Origin: Squalus acanthias
Lineage: Eukaryota
Direction: 5' to 3'
Length of the DNA: 64,000 nt
NCBI GenBank assembly: GCA_030390025.1
Contig: CM059432.1
Location: 143,532,001 to 143,596,000 of the forward strand
Position 1 is the stretch's first letter; every line of letters starts with the position of its first letter. Both the position numbers and the translations under genes were made by a program. Shown piece after piece: positions 23,925-36,885 of the stretch. Under the pieces are notes generated by a model. It saw only the letters and a program-made list of their open reading frames with translations, was not told the DNA's origin and ran no database searches.

Positions 23925-24811
23925 GGGGGAGAAATTCGGTATCGCCCCGTTTGGGGCGCAATTATCGGCCGGGCGCAAAGTTTAGCGCCTGGCGCTAATT
24001 ATCGCCTCCGACTGCAAACTTGGCTTCTATCGCCCCTGGAGGTGATTGGAGCGCTAAATCAGGTGCTACACACCTCTCTTAAGGCGCTAACGCTGAGGAG
24101 CGAGGCGCTAGCTCAGAGCGCGGGCGAAGCTCATGTGATGTCAGTCAGCAATGGAACAGAGACACACTGGCGCCGGCCAGTTCTTAAAGGGGAGGGTCGA
24201 TCTTGCTCTCCATCCACACCCTGCTCATTGCAGCCTTGAATCTCGGCCTGGAGAGACCTGTACATCAAATCTGCTGGAAAGAACAATGGAGAGGCCCAGG
24301 GAAAGAGCTCAGAGTGCAGCCCCCACAATCTCTTCTAAATCGATGCAAGGAAGGTCAAATCAAAATGAACCTGCAAAGTGCTGCTCAGTACCCAAAACTC
24401 CTTCACACAGCGTTGAATCTCTCCAGAAGTGTCTCTCTCTCAGAATGCGTGGTGCAAAAATGTCGCCGACAAAAAAAGGCAGGAAGCGGTCGCCTTTAAA
24501 TAACGCTCCCCCAGTTCCTTCCTGACTGCAAAACGCTCCCCTCAACCTGTCGTTGCTAGCGGCAGGCGGTAAGGCAGGGGGCGCCACTCAATATCCGGTC
24601 CGGGGTGCTACCGGGGCGTTGCACGCTCGACTGACGTCACAATCTGCGGGCGCGGGAGATCATGGCGGTAGTGTATAGCGCCGCCGCAAAATGTCTGGTC
24701 AATTTCGCGAGTGGCGCAAACATCGCCGCGCCCAGGCGCTAGCTGCTTTGCGCCCCATGAGCGCCCTCTTAGGGCGCTAACGGGAGGCGCAAAGCAACTG
24801 AATTTTCCCCC
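23925..24811 (-). mobile_element. Non-autonomous Harbinger (MITE) related to 13366-17567
   Basis: TIRs GGGGGAGAAATT / AATTTTCCCCC, TSD AAT; both subterminals homologous to the full element, inverted. Confidence 0.92.
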
Positions 24812-24879
24812 CAATGTCTCCTCCTTTGGCTTGGTGTAAATCTTTGACTGATTACGCTCCTGTGAAGCGCCTTGGGACG

Positions 24880-25290
24880 TTTTCTCTAGAAAAGAGAAGG
24901 CCGAGGGGTGACCTGATCGAGGTCTTTAAGGTTATGAAAGGGCTCGATAGGGTAAATGTAGAGAAGATGTTTCCGATTGTGGGGAGACCAAAACTAGGGT
25001 CCATAAATATATGATAGTCACTTATAAATCAAATAGGGAATTCAGAAGAAACTTCTTTATCCAGAGAGTGGTGAGAATGTGGAACTCGCTACCATATAGC
25101 GTGGTTGAGGTGAATAGCAAAGATGCATTTAAGGGGAAGCTAGATAAAAACATAAGGGAGAAAGAAATAGAAGGATATGCTGATAGGGTGAGATGAAGAG
25201 GGGTGGGAGGAGGCTCGTGTGGAGCATAAACACCGGCATGGACCAGTTGGGCCAAATGGCCTGTTTCTGTGCTGTAAATACTATATAATT
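24880..25290 (+). mobile_element. CR1 3' fragment
   Basis: FSLEKRRPRGDLIEVFK...FFIQRVVRMWNSLP and 3' UTR. Confidence 0.8.
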
Positions 25291-25433
25291 CTATGTTAAA
25301 GGCGCTATATAAATGCAAGCTGTCCATGTCAGTGCATGGCTATACTGATCTAAAATGGCACGTTGATTGACTGATACTCTTTTTAATACCAACTGAACAG
25401 GGCATTTTAACTATTTTGACATTTGTTTTGTAG

Positions 25434-25608
25434 GTGGCTCCAATCTGACAATCTATGGGTCGGATTTTGGCACCAGGTCTGAAGACAGCTTTGTATTTAT
25501 TGGGAGCTCTGAGTGTCCGATCCTTGGATGGTCAACCAGCAGCATCACCTGCCGTCTGCCCAGCCTCCCTCCGGGGAATTACAGCATCTACACAAAAGCT
25601 CATGTTGG
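25434..25608 (+). CDS. PKHD1L1: PKHD1L1 exon (IPT/TIG); 3' boundary uncertain
   Basis: tag acceptor; GGSNLTIYGSDFGTRSEDSFVFIGSSECPILGWSTSSITCRLPSLPPGNYSIYTKAHV; donor GG/gtataa (phase 2), same-phase alternative after 25635. Confidence 0.82.
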
Positions 25609-25614
25609 GTATAA

Positions 25615-26377
25615 AGGCCTGGGGTTTACCGCTCGGTTGCGCTGGGTTTTTTTTTCTCCGCAATTCGCCCGGTATCGGCGTTACCAGCACAAAGGAATTT
25701 TAAACGCAAATCGCGTTCGCCGCAACTCGAGTTTCCGCGATCTTTGGCGCTGGTTTAAAAAATAAATCGCGCTGGAAGCCGGCCCCGCCCACATGACTGC
25801 CCCCCCCCCCCACCCCCCCCAGTGTGAATTAATCACCATTGGGAGCTTCCACTAATTGCGCTCGTTTGTGAGCCTTCAAGGAGGCTCGAAACATTAAGCT
25901 GGTTCTTTTGGGCGCAATGATACTCATAGGAACGTTTTAAAAGCTTTTGAATATAATTATTTTTTTTAATTCGCGAAGAAACTGACTACTGTAGCCCCAA
26001 TACAACTAGCAAATGGTTCTGTATAGTTTTTTTTTAAGTAATTTTCAGTCATTTAAAATCGGGTTACTCACAGGTGGTGGACAGAGACTGTGAATAAAAA
26101 CGCTTATTTTTTGTGATGAACCCATTTGCAGCTGTATTAATCAAACTGTGCCAGGTTACCACTCTTAAATATATCAAGCAATATTTTTTACAGCAAATTT
26201 TTTTTCTTTTAAATTACATTTTAAAACGCTGCCCGATTGCGTTGGTTCATGGCAGATTTTGCATTTGGCGATATGCAAATAAGTTTGAGCGGAAACTTGA
26301 GGAGAAAAGCACTTTTCAAAAACGGGCGCAATTTGCATCCGGATCGCCGATTGCGCCCAAAACGGAAACTCTACCCC
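25615..26377. mobile_element. Probable Harbinger-like MITE
   Basis: GC-rich ends, AT-rich core, imperfect termini GGCCTGGGGTTT / AAACTCTACCCC; TSD not clear. Confidence 0.45.
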
Positions 26378-26599
26378 AAAATACTCACATCTTCGGGTGC
26401 AACATTTAATTTAAATGAACCTAATTTCCCGGAGCATGCAAAAACCAGTAAAAAAAAGTATAAACCCAAGAGCCCCTCCCAAATCTGCGACCTCCACCGC
26501 CTAGAAGGACAAGAGCAGCAGGCGTATGGTAACACCACCACCTCCAAGTTCCCCTCCAAAAGTCACATACCATCCGACTTGGACATATGGACGATGTTC

Positions 26600-29500
26600 A
26601 TAGGATTACATTACATAGGATATAGAAACAGCCCATTCGGCCCAATCAGTCCATGCCGGTGTTTATGCTCCACTCGAGCCTCCTCCTGTCTTTCCTCATC
26701 TAAATCTATCAGCCTAACCCTCTATTCCCTTCTCCCTCATATGCTTGTCCAGCCTCCCCTTAAATGCATCTATACTATTCGCTTCAACCACTCCCTGTGG
26801 TAGCGAGTTCCACATTCTCACCACTCTTTGGGTAAAGAAGTTTCTTCTGAATTCCCTATTGGATTTCTTGGTGACTATCTTATATTGATGGCCTCTATTT
26901 ATGCTCTTCCCCACAACTGGAAACATTCTCTCTGTATCCATTTTATCAAAATTTTTCATAATTTTAAAGACCTCTATTAGGTCACCTTTTATCAAGAGAA
27001 AAGAGACCCAGCCTGTTCATCCTTTCCTGATATGTATACCCTTGCATTTCTGGTATCATCCTTGTAAATCTTCTCTGTACCCTCTCCACTGCCTCTATAT
27101 CCTTTTTATAATATGGCGACCAGAACTGTACGCAGTACTCTAAGTGTGGTCTAACCAAGGTTTGATACAGGTTTAGCATAACTTCCCTACTTTTCAATTA
27201 CCTCTAGAAATAAACCCTAGTGCTTGGTTTGCTTTTTGTATGGTTGTGCTAACCTGTGTCGCAACTTTTAGTGATTTGTGTATTTGTACTCTGAGATCCC
27301 TTTGTTCCTCTACCCCACCTAGACTCGCACCCTCCAAGTGATAAGTGACCTCCCTATTCTTCCTACCAAAATGTAATACCTCACATTTATCTGTGTTGAA
27401 CTTCATTTGCCAATTATATGCCCATTCTGCAAGTTTATTAATGTCCTCCTGTAATTTGTTGCAGTCCTCCTCAGTATTGACTATCCCCCCAATTTGGTGT
27501 CATCTGCAAATTTAGAAATTGTGTTTCTGATTCTTAAGTCTAAATCATTAATGTAAATTGTGAACAGCAGTGGTCCCAGAACTGATCCTTGTGGAACACC
27601 ACTACCCACCTTCTGCCACTGTGAAGAACTACCCTTTACTCCTACTCTCTGTTTCTGTCCCGAAGCCAGCCAGCTATCCATTCTGCTACTTGTCCCCTGA
27701 CTCCGCATTCTATGACCTTGTTCATCAGTCTATTATGGGGTACCTTATCGAAGGCCTTTTGAAAATCTAGATAAATTACATCTACTACATTACCCTTGTC
27801 TACTCTCTCTGTTGCCTCTTCAAAAAATTCAATACGGTTGGTCAAGCAAGACTTTCCCTTTTGAAATCCATGCTGACTATTCCTTATTATATTTTTGGTT
27901 TCTAGATGTTCTTCTATTTTCTCCTTTAGTAGGGATTCCATTATTTTTCTGACCACCGATATTAAGCTGACTGGTCTATAATTACCTGGATATGTTCTAT
28001 CCCCCTTCTCAAATATCGGTATTACGTTAGCTATCCGCCAGTCCTCTGGCACTACACCTTTTTCTAACGAATTATTAAATATGAATAGTAATGCCTCTGC
28101 TATCTCTTCCCTAGATTCTTTTAAAATGCGTAGATGCAATGCAATCTTTGAGTTTGATTAATTTAATATATCCCCTTTTTTATTTTAAATGCACTTATCT
28201 CATTACTAATCTCATCATCCAATGTCATGTCCACCTGTTCTATCTCCCTGGTAAATACTGAAGCAAAATAATTATTTAATATTTCTGCCATCTCTCTATC
28301 GTTAACTGTGGTATTATCCTATCTATCCCTTAATTTCCCTATTCCCATCCCGACCTTCCTTTTTTTATTGATGTGCCGATAAAATATTTTACTATTTTGT
28401 TTTATGTTCCTTGATAATTTAATTTCATAGTTCCTCTTTGCCTCCCTAATTGTTTTTTTGACTTCTCTCCTAATCTTTTCATATTCTCCCTTATCATGCA
28501 CTCCCCTGCTATCTATGTACTTAATGTATGCCTCTTTCCTTACCCTCAGTTGTTCCCTTATGGCTTTTTCATCCATGGAGTCTCATTATTGTTTAGTTTG
28601 TTCTTTCCTTTTAGCAGAATATATTTTTCCTGCACTCTGTTAAGCACCCTTTTAAATGTTTCCCATTGCTGTTCCACATCATTATTTGCCAATATTGTTG
28701 CCCTTTTTTCCCCCAAGTTCTATTCTCAGCCCCTCAAAATCAGCTTTTCTCCAATCTATTAACCTAGTTTTCGTCATACTTATGTCCTTCTCAATTATCA
28801 TCTTAAAGCGTATTATATTATGGTCACTGTTGCCGATATGTTTCCCTACTTTTACTTCTCTTATCTGCTCTAGTTCATAACCCATTACTAGATCCAATAG
28901 CAAATCCTCCCTTGTTGGTCTTTTTACATATTGGGTTAGAAAGGAGTCCTGTAGACATTGTAGGAACTGCATTCCCTTATCCCCTTTATCTACCTCTTCT
29001 GTCCAATTAATATCGGGGTAGTTGAAATCCCCCAGGATTATTATTCTATGTATTTTACTCATTTCCCTAATTTGTCTGCATATTTCTTCTTCCACCTCCC
29101 TTCCACTATTAGGTGGTCTGTCGACTACGCCTATTAGTGTGATTGATCCTTTATTATCTTTTATCTCTATCCATATGGATTCTATTTTTGTCTTGCTGAT
29201 ATCTGCGTCACTTTTTTCTACTGCCATTGTTATCCCTAATAAGTACAGCTACTCCACCTCCCCTTTTTCCCTCCCTATCTTTTCTAAATATGTTATACCC
29301 TGCAATGTTTAATTCCCAGTCCTGATTTTTCTGTAGCCGTGTCTCAGTAATCCCTACTACGTCTGGTTCCTCGCAACGCATGATTGCCTCCAGATCCCCT
29401 GTTTTATTACGGACATTGTGTGCATTGCTGTACAGACAGTTTAACTCATTTTTAATAGGATTTCCTTTCACTTTATGTTTAACCATTTTTTAGACTCCTG

Positions 29501-29910
29501 TTCTATAACTCTATTTATTCCCTTGCCATCAATGTTCTCCCTTACTTTACTCTTTCCTATGCTCTCTTTTCCTGTTTTGTTTATATTTAGGCTGGTTACG
29601 TTTCTTGTAGATCCCTCCCCCCATCTTACTAGTTTAAAGCCTTTGCCACCTCCCTATTTACCCTTTCCGCTAGGACACGGGTCCCATCCCGGTTCAGGTG
29701 GAGCCCGTTCCATCGGTACAGCTCCTTCCTGTCTCAGAACTGGTGCCAGTGTTCCATGAAAAGGAACCCCTCTTTTCCACCCAGCCCTTAAGCCATGTGT
29801 TAACTCTCCTGATCTGTCCGCTTCTATGCCAATTTACACATGGCTCGGGCAATAATCCAGAGATTATTACCCTCGATGTTCTGCTTTTTAATTTAGATCC
29901 TAACACCTAA
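26600..29910 (-). mobile_element. Long decayed CR1 LINE (ORF1 esterase end, APE, RT, 3' UTR)
   Basis: RVIISGLLP (ORF1), LGDFNYPDINW (APE), [32 protein letters not shown]; many frameshifts. Confidence 0.9.
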
Positions 29911-29919
29911 TATTCTTTC

Positions 29920-30625
29920 AGCATTACCATCACCGAATCCCCCACCATCAGCATCCTGGGGGTCACCATTGACCAGAAACTTAACTGGACCAGCCACATC
30001 AATACTGTGGCAGCAAGAGCAGGTCAGAGGCTGGGTATTCTGCGGCGAGTGTCTCACCTCCTGACTCCCCAAAGCCTTTCCACCATCTACAAGGCACAAG
30101 TAAGGTGTGTGATGGAATACTCTCCACTTGCCTGGATGAGTGCAGCTCCAACAACACTCAAGAAGCTTGACACCATCCAGGACAAAGCAGCCTGCTTGAT
30201 TGGCACCCCATCGACCACCTTAAACATTCACTCCCTCCACCACCGGCGTACCATGGCTGCAGTGTGTACCATCTACAAGATGCACTGCAGCAACTCGCCA
30301 AGGCTTCTTCAGCAGCACCTCCCAAACCCGCGACCTCTTTCACCTAGAAGGACAAGGGCAGCAGGCGCATAGGAACACCACCACCTCCAAGTTCCCCTCC
30401 AAGTCACACATCATCCTGACTTGGAAGTATATCGCCGATCCTTCATCGTCGCTGGGTCAAAATCCTGGAACTCCCTCCCTAACAGCACTGTGGGAGTACC
30501 ATCACCACACGGACTGCAGCGGTTCAAGAAGGCGGCTCACCACCACCTTCTCAAGGGCAACTAGGGATGGGCAATAAATGCTGGCCTTGCCAGCGACGCC
30601 CACATCCCGTAAATTAATTTTTAAA
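29920..30625 (+). mobile_element. 3' fragment of the LINE family at 52846-56900
   Basis: LTPQSLSTIYKAQVR..MEYSPLAW...LHHRR and the same 3' tail. Confidence 0.85.
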
Positions 30626-31359
30626 AATTGTATATCTCATGAATCAGCCCCTGTGATATTAAAAAATTATATTCCGTAAAGCTGTGGGCTCCAGTAAGTT
30701 TAATTATTCTTATTTATATGATCAGTGCCAGAAGTTTTAGTTTTACTTTGTTTAAAGTCTGGGTCCTAAGCTGGTAAACATTTCCTGATTCACGTGCTAA
30801 AGTTGCTGCATTTAATTATCAGAAGAAGCGATTCCAGAGAGCTGGACTTTATCAGTGATGTGTCAGGTGTCAGTCCTGATCGGGGTGGGACGTGCAGACT
30901 TTCTATATCGGAGGAGCCCAAAGTCCTTTTGCTGAGCCCCGCATCAGATATTAATGTCATAATCTTACAGCACAGAAGGAGGCCATTCGGCCCATCGTGC
31001 CTGTGCCGGCTCTTTGAAAGAGCTCCCCAATTAGTCCCACTCCCCCCCTGCTCTTTCCCCATAGCCCTGCAAATTTCTCCCTTTCAAGTATTTCTCCAAT
31101 TCCCTTTTGAAAGTTACCATTGAATCTGCTTCCACTGCCCTTTCAGGCAGTGCATTCCAGATCACAACAACTCGCTGCATCCCATACATGCCCCCTTTCT
31201 AAGAAACAGTACTTTTACATAGAGCTTAAGTTCGAAGTGCATTTTATGATCGGATGGTAATGTTTCCTGTCCGATTTCATCTGTACTTTTTGTTTCTTTT
31301 TCAGTAGCATTTAATGCTTTGTTAAAGTGTGGATTCTTTGCCTCTTTCTTCCACTGCAG

Positions 31360-31502
31360 CGGTTCTGTAAATGCTTCAATTGAGTATGTCTTGCGTGTAA
31401 CAGAAATGAGCCCTCGTCAGGGTTCGTTGTATGGGGGCACTAAAATCACCATCTCCGGGTCTGGTTTCAGTCCTGACCCAGAGGACAACATTGTCCAATT
31501 TG
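31360..31502 (+). CDS. PKHD1L1: PKHD1L1 exon
   Basis: cag/gtaag; GSVNASIEYVLRVTEMSPRQGSLYGGTKITISGSGFSPDPEDNIVQF. Confidence 0.94.
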
Positions 31503-31741
31503 GTAAGTTTAAGATAACCTACAATACCTTTCATTGAAAGTTTCTACTGGCTTGTACTTTTAACCATTTACTCAATATTCAGATTATTACTCTGTAAATA
31601 CATGGTGGGAGTAACTTAATATTTCACGTTAACCATTTTAGAAAAAAAAAAATCTGATGGAGCTGAATTACAACAGGAATTTATAACAAGCAATTGACCT
31701 TTCTTTCTGTTCTGGAATACTGCGATATACAACGTTTACAG

Positions 31742-31846
31742 GTTCTGTTCCGTGTCACATAACCTTCGCTTCACCAAACATGCTGGAGTGTGTTCTTGAA
31801 CCAACTGGAAGAAGCTTCACCATCACCAACAATGGCAGCCATCAAA
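31742..31846 (+). CDS. PKHD1L1: PKHD1L1 exon
   Basis: cag/gtacg; GSVPCHITFASPNMLECVLEPTGRSFTITNNGSHQ. Confidence 0.92.
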
Positions 31847-32633
31847 GTACGTGGCTTCCTTTTGAGGATTTTTGTTCAAACTGTGCTGTAGCGTGCCCCA
31901 GCTCTCTCTGTGGTAAATAGATGATCGGAACAGGAGGAGGCCATTCAGCCCCTCGAGCCTGTTCCGCCATTCGATTAGATTATGGCTGATCTGTATGTTA
32001 ACTCCATCTACCCACCTTGGTTCCGTAACCCTTGCTACCCTTACCCAACAAAAATCTATCAATCTCACATTCGACATTTTCAATTGACCCCCAGCCTCAA
32101 CAGCTTTTTGGGGGAGAGAGTTCCAGATTTCATAGAAACATAGAAAAATAGGAGCAGGAGTCGGCCATTCAGTCCTTCGAGCCTGCTCCGCCATTCAATA
32201 TGATCATGGCTGATCCTCTATCTCAATACCATATTCCCGCTCTCTCCCCATACCCCTTGACGCCTTTTGCGTCTAGAAATCTATCTATCCACTATTCTTT
32301 GTGTGAGGAAGTGCTTCCTGACATCACCCCTGAACGGCCTGGCTCTAATTTTAAGGTTATGCCCCCTTGTTCCGGACTCCCCAAATCTTGAAGCCTGGGG
32401 TGGGGGGGCGACTGGAAAATAGCTGAAAAATCTGTTTAACGTGATATATACTCAGTGAAAAGTACCGAGCTCTCGCATTGAGAAGCTGAAATATTTTCTC
32501 CTGAATCGGGGGGCCATCAGTGACTGCAAGTTAAAATCATGTAAATTCCTGCTAACGGATCTCTTGATAGCGACTGATGCTTTATTTCTCGAATATACTT
32601 TCCGTCCCCATTGCTCACTATTTTTCCTGACAG

Positions 32634-32822
32634 CACTTGGAGCGGGGTACAGCTGGAATCCCTCCACCCTGGATATCTTTGTTGGGGACACAGTGCGATG
32701 GCATTGGGAGGCCCCACCGCTAGTTCAAGGCTTGAGGTACCGAGTCTTCACCGTCTCCAGGCCCAGTGATGTGACCTACAAAGGCGACGGGTTTATTAGT
32801 GGAGTTACCGGCACTGCCTCAG
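32634..32822 (+). CDS. PKHD1L1: PKHD1L1 exon, GC donor
   Basis: LGAGYSWNPSTLDIFVGDTVRWHWEAPPLVQGLRYRVFTVSRPSDVTYKGDGFISGVTGTAS; ends CAG/gcaagt. Confidence 0.9.
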
Positions 32823-33106
32823 GCAAGTTCTCCACCGCCGTGTTTCATTTCACAGGAAGATCGCCACTTGTTGTAAAATTCCACTGATGTACGGCAGGAC
32901 CTTGTGAATTCGCTCATTCATCAGCGTGGGTGCCTAAAAGTTTAACCTGGTCTATTTTCAGATTTGACAGCATTCTTACTTGCTGTTGCAAATTATCCAG
33001 GTGTTTCATTCATACTGTGGGGGAAAAAAAACATCCCAAAGAGGGAAAGCTTGCTTTGTGTGTTTTTAACATTGACTACTTTCAGGGTCAGTCGGGCTCA
33101 TGTGTG

Positions 33107-34090
33107 AAAGAAAAAAAGACTTTCATTTATATAGCGCCTTTCACGACCTCCGACATCCCAAAGCGCTTTGCAGCCAAGGAAGTACTTTTGAAGTATAGTC
33201 ACTGTTGTAATACAGGAAATGCAGCAGCCAATATGTGCACAGCAAGCTCCCACACACATTAATGAGATAAATGACCAGATAATCTGTTTTAGTGATGTTG
33301 GTTGAGGGATAAATATTGGCCAGGACACCAGGGGAGAACTCCCCTTCCAATAGTGCCATGGGATCTTTTACGTCCACCTGAGAGGGCAGACGGAGCCTCG
33401 GTTTAACGTCTTATTCGAAAGACGGCACCTCCGACAGTGCGGCGCTCCCTCAGTACTGCCCCTCCAACAGTGCAGCACTCCCTCAGTACTGCCCCTCGGA
33501 CAGTGCAGCACTCCCTCAGCACTGCCCCTCCAACAGTGCGGCACTCCCTCAGCGCTGCCCCTCCGACAGTGCGGCACTCCCTCAGCGCTGCCCCTCCGAC
33601 AGTGCAGCGCTCCCTCAGTACTGCCCCTCCGACAGTGCAGCACTCCCTCAGCACTGCCCCTCCGACAGTGCAGCGCTCCCTCAGCACTGCCCCTCCGACA
33701 GTGCAGCGCTCCCTCAGCACTGCCCCTCCGACAGTGCAGCACTCCCTCAGCAATGCCCCTCCGACAATGCGGCGCTCCCTCAGTACTGCCCCTCCGACAG
33801 TGCGGCACTCCCTCAGCACTGGCCCTCCGACAGTGCAGCACTCCCTCAGCACTGCCCCTCCGACAGTGCAGCACTCCCTCAGCATGGCCCCTCCGACAGT
33901 GCAGCACTCCCTCAGCACTGCCCCTCCGACAGTGCAGCACTCCCTCAGCACTGCCCCTCCGACAGTGCAGCACTCCCTCAGCACTGCCCCTCCGACAGTG
34001 CAGCACTCCCTCAGCACTGCCCCTCCGACAGTGGAGCACTCCCTCAGTACTGCCCCTCCGACAGTGCAGCACACCCTCAGTACTGGCACT
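33107..34090 (-). mobile_element. Deu-domain (SacSINE1-like) SINE with internal 33-bp expansion
   Basis: Minus strand GGAGGTGCCGTCTTTCG...CTCAGGTGGACGTAAAAGATCCCATGGCACTA; matches 52394-52843. Confidence 0.8.
33428..34086. repeat. 33-bp minisatellite, ~20 units (CCTCCGACAGTGCAGCACTCCCTCAGCACTGCC)
   Basis: Directly visible. Confidence 0.95.
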
Positions 34091-34659
34091 GGTGAGGGGA
34101 AGTCATTTTATTTTGTGACATGGATTGAAATTAACAGCTCACTGTAGATTTTCTTACACAAAACGTGCAATTTTTGAACAGCGATTGGAGCTAGGGACCA
34201 CACGGAAGCTCTTTTGTGTTGGAATGAAATTCTCAGCGTTTTCTATGCACTAATGGCTTCCTGGCAGTGTTGGATCACATGTGACACTTGGCAGTGTCCA
34301 ATCAGATCGGGGGCAGACACACAGAGGGCGTGGAGCCCTGCTAAATGTTTACTGTCTTTCCGGCAGCACTATTGTTTTTTTCTTGTGTTAAACACCATTC
34401 CATACCCTCCTGAAGACCATATGCAGTAAGATATTACAGCTTTAGGTTACAGTACACTGAACCTATGATATAATATCTAAGAACAAAGAGAAAAGAACTT
34501 GCATTTCTATAGCGCCTTTCACGACCTCAGGACGTCCCAAAGCACTTTACAGCCAATGAAGTACTTTTGGAGTGTAGTCACTGTTGTGATGTATGAAACG
34601 TGGCAGCCAATTTACGCACAGCAAGGTCCCACAAAGAGCAATGCAACAATGACCAGATC

Positions 34660-35070
34660 ATCAGCCATTCGGCCCATCGTGCCTGTACCAGCTCTTTGAA
34701 AGAGCTCTTCAATTAGTCCCACTCCCCCTGCCCTTCCCCATAGCCCTGCAAATTTCTCCTTTTCAGGTATTTATCCTATTCTCTTTTGAAAGTTACTATT
34801 GAATCTGTTTCCCCCACCCTTTCAGGCAGCGCATTCCAGGTCACAACAACTCGCTGCCTAAAACAATTTCTCCTCATCTCCCCTCTGGTTCTTTTGCCAA
34901 TTACCTTAAATCTGTGTCTTCTGGTTACTGACCCTCCTGCCACTGGAAACAGTTTCTCCTTATTTACTCTTATCAACACCCTTCATAATTTTGAACACCT
35001 CTATTAAATCTCCCCTTAACCTTTCTTGCTCAAAGGAGAACAATCCCAGCTTCCCTAGTCTCTCCACATA
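34660..35070 (-). mobile_element. CR1 3' fragment
   Basis: Reverse-complement homologue of 975-1385. Confidence 0.75.
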
Positions 35071-35328
35071 GATGATCTAACTATGAATTTTACTAAAAAG
35101 CCCTCTAAGGAAATTAAATTAAACTTTTCGTTACAACAGTGACGACACTTCAAAAGTATTTTATTGGCTGTAAAGCGTGTTGGGACCTCCTGAGGTCGTG
35201 GAAGACGTTGTATAAATGAAAGTCTTTCTTTCTCTTTTTCTTTGATTGCTGCTCATTGTGTTCGGGGTATAAATTAAGCCAATGTGATGATCCCTCTTCC
35301 CCTCACGTCTGATGCTCTTTACGTGTAG

Positions 35329-35499
35329 GTTCCTTCTCCTACCGCTTCACCTCCCCCGGGGCCTTTTTCTACAGCAGTGGTTACGTGGACCAGAAGGAAA
35401 AAATCTTCCTGCAAGGAATGGTGAACGTGAGACCAGCTGAGGAAAGCACCAGAGAATTGCGTGTTTATTTAGCAGGGATCGAAGCAGAATATGTACCAG
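35329..35499 (+). CDS. PKHD1L1: PKHD1L1 exon
   Basis: tag/gtgag; GSFSYRFTSPGAFFYSSGYVDQKEKIFLQGMVNVRPAEESTRELRVYLAGIEAEYVP. Confidence 0.94.
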
Positions 35500-36121
35500 G
35501 TGAGAGGTCCATCCTCTTTATAGTTCAGAAGGTTTACAGGCCGGTGTCTTGGTGTCAGGCACTTCCTCAATGAGTTAATTATAGAGCAGCACTGGCAGAT
35601 ACTGGGACTCATTAACCCCCCCATTCTCCTGGCTAGCTTATTGTTTGGTGCTGGAGAACTATTAAATGCAGTGACGAGTCACCGTTTACATCAGTGTTGT
35701 CCAATAGAAATCGCTGACTGGTCACAGGTGTGGCTATGGCAACACTGTTTTAGGCACAAACACTAATTTCAGTAGAAAACACCTCACCACACGATACACG
35801 TAAATGTACTCCACAGGTGGATATTTACTGAACAAACATCTACCACCATTCAGTAACCAAGGAAGTAAAGCCGTCACAATGATCAGAGAACATTCGTACA
35901 CTCTGCTTTTCTTCTCTTCATTTAACCAGCAAACACACAAAAAGGTTAAAGTTCCTGTGGCTTATTTTTTCCTTTATAAATTGGAGTACAAAAAAGGCCC
36001 CCCACCCCACTAGATTTTCTTCCCCTTTAAGCGTCATGTAGCCTGACAGACGCATCTCCTGTGCAGAATAGCACCATGTAAAGTGCCAATTCTAAGAGTG
36101 ATTTGTACTTTGAAATACATT

Positions 36122-36885
36122 GGCCCAGAAATTCGGCTCCCTGGCTTCCCGCGGGTGCAAGGATCGCGCGCGCACCTACCTACCACGCCTGCCGTTGACC
36201 TCTGGGCCCACGGGGACTTCGGCTCCTGGGCCTCCTGCAGCTGCCGGCGCGCAGTGCGTGTGTATCCCAGGGGCGTAGTTAGTGCGATGCGTCCCCTGGG
36301 ATCACGTGGGCCATGGAGAGCCAATGGCAGCAGACCATCTTTCATTCATAGATTTGACAGGACGACTTTCAAATCTATGAATTGAAATCGGCCCCAAAAC
36401 AACGCCTAAACTTCAAATAATTTTTTTTTAAAACCATCACATTTTTAAAATAACTATAAGTTAAATAAATTAACTACTTTAAACAAAAATTAAAATTTTT
36501 GAAAAAATTAAAATACTTTTTAACAGTGCTAAAAATAAACTTACCTTTCTTTAAAGTATCTAAAAAAGATAAACCTGTTGAAAAAAAATTTAAATTGTAA
36601 TTAATTAACCACTTACCTTGTAAAAAACGGGTCTTGCGCCTCCTTTTCAAAAGCGCAGCTTCTTCATACTTACCCTCCCGGAGAAACCTGAAAAAAAAAC
36701 TAAGTTCGCTGTGTGCGCGCAGCCTCTCCCGCGCATGCAGTTCACCTCTGAACCGCCCCCTTCACGAGACTGGAAGTTCCGGTTTCCCGCGCATGCGCAG
36801 TGCATGCAGGAAACCGGCACTTCAGGAGGCCTTACGGGTGAGTACACAGCGCGTACTCACCCGGCAAGTGCCGAATTTTTGGCCC
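36122..36885. mobile_element. Harbinger-like MITE
   Basis: TIRs GGCCCAGAAATTCGGC / GCCGAATTTTTGGCCC, TSD ATT. Confidence 0.8.

Noticed and set aside
33368..34147. Repetitive ORFs in several frames; CRISPR-like appearance
   Set aside because: Pure 33-bp tandem repeat with no unique spacers, SINE-derived, in eukaryotic DNA
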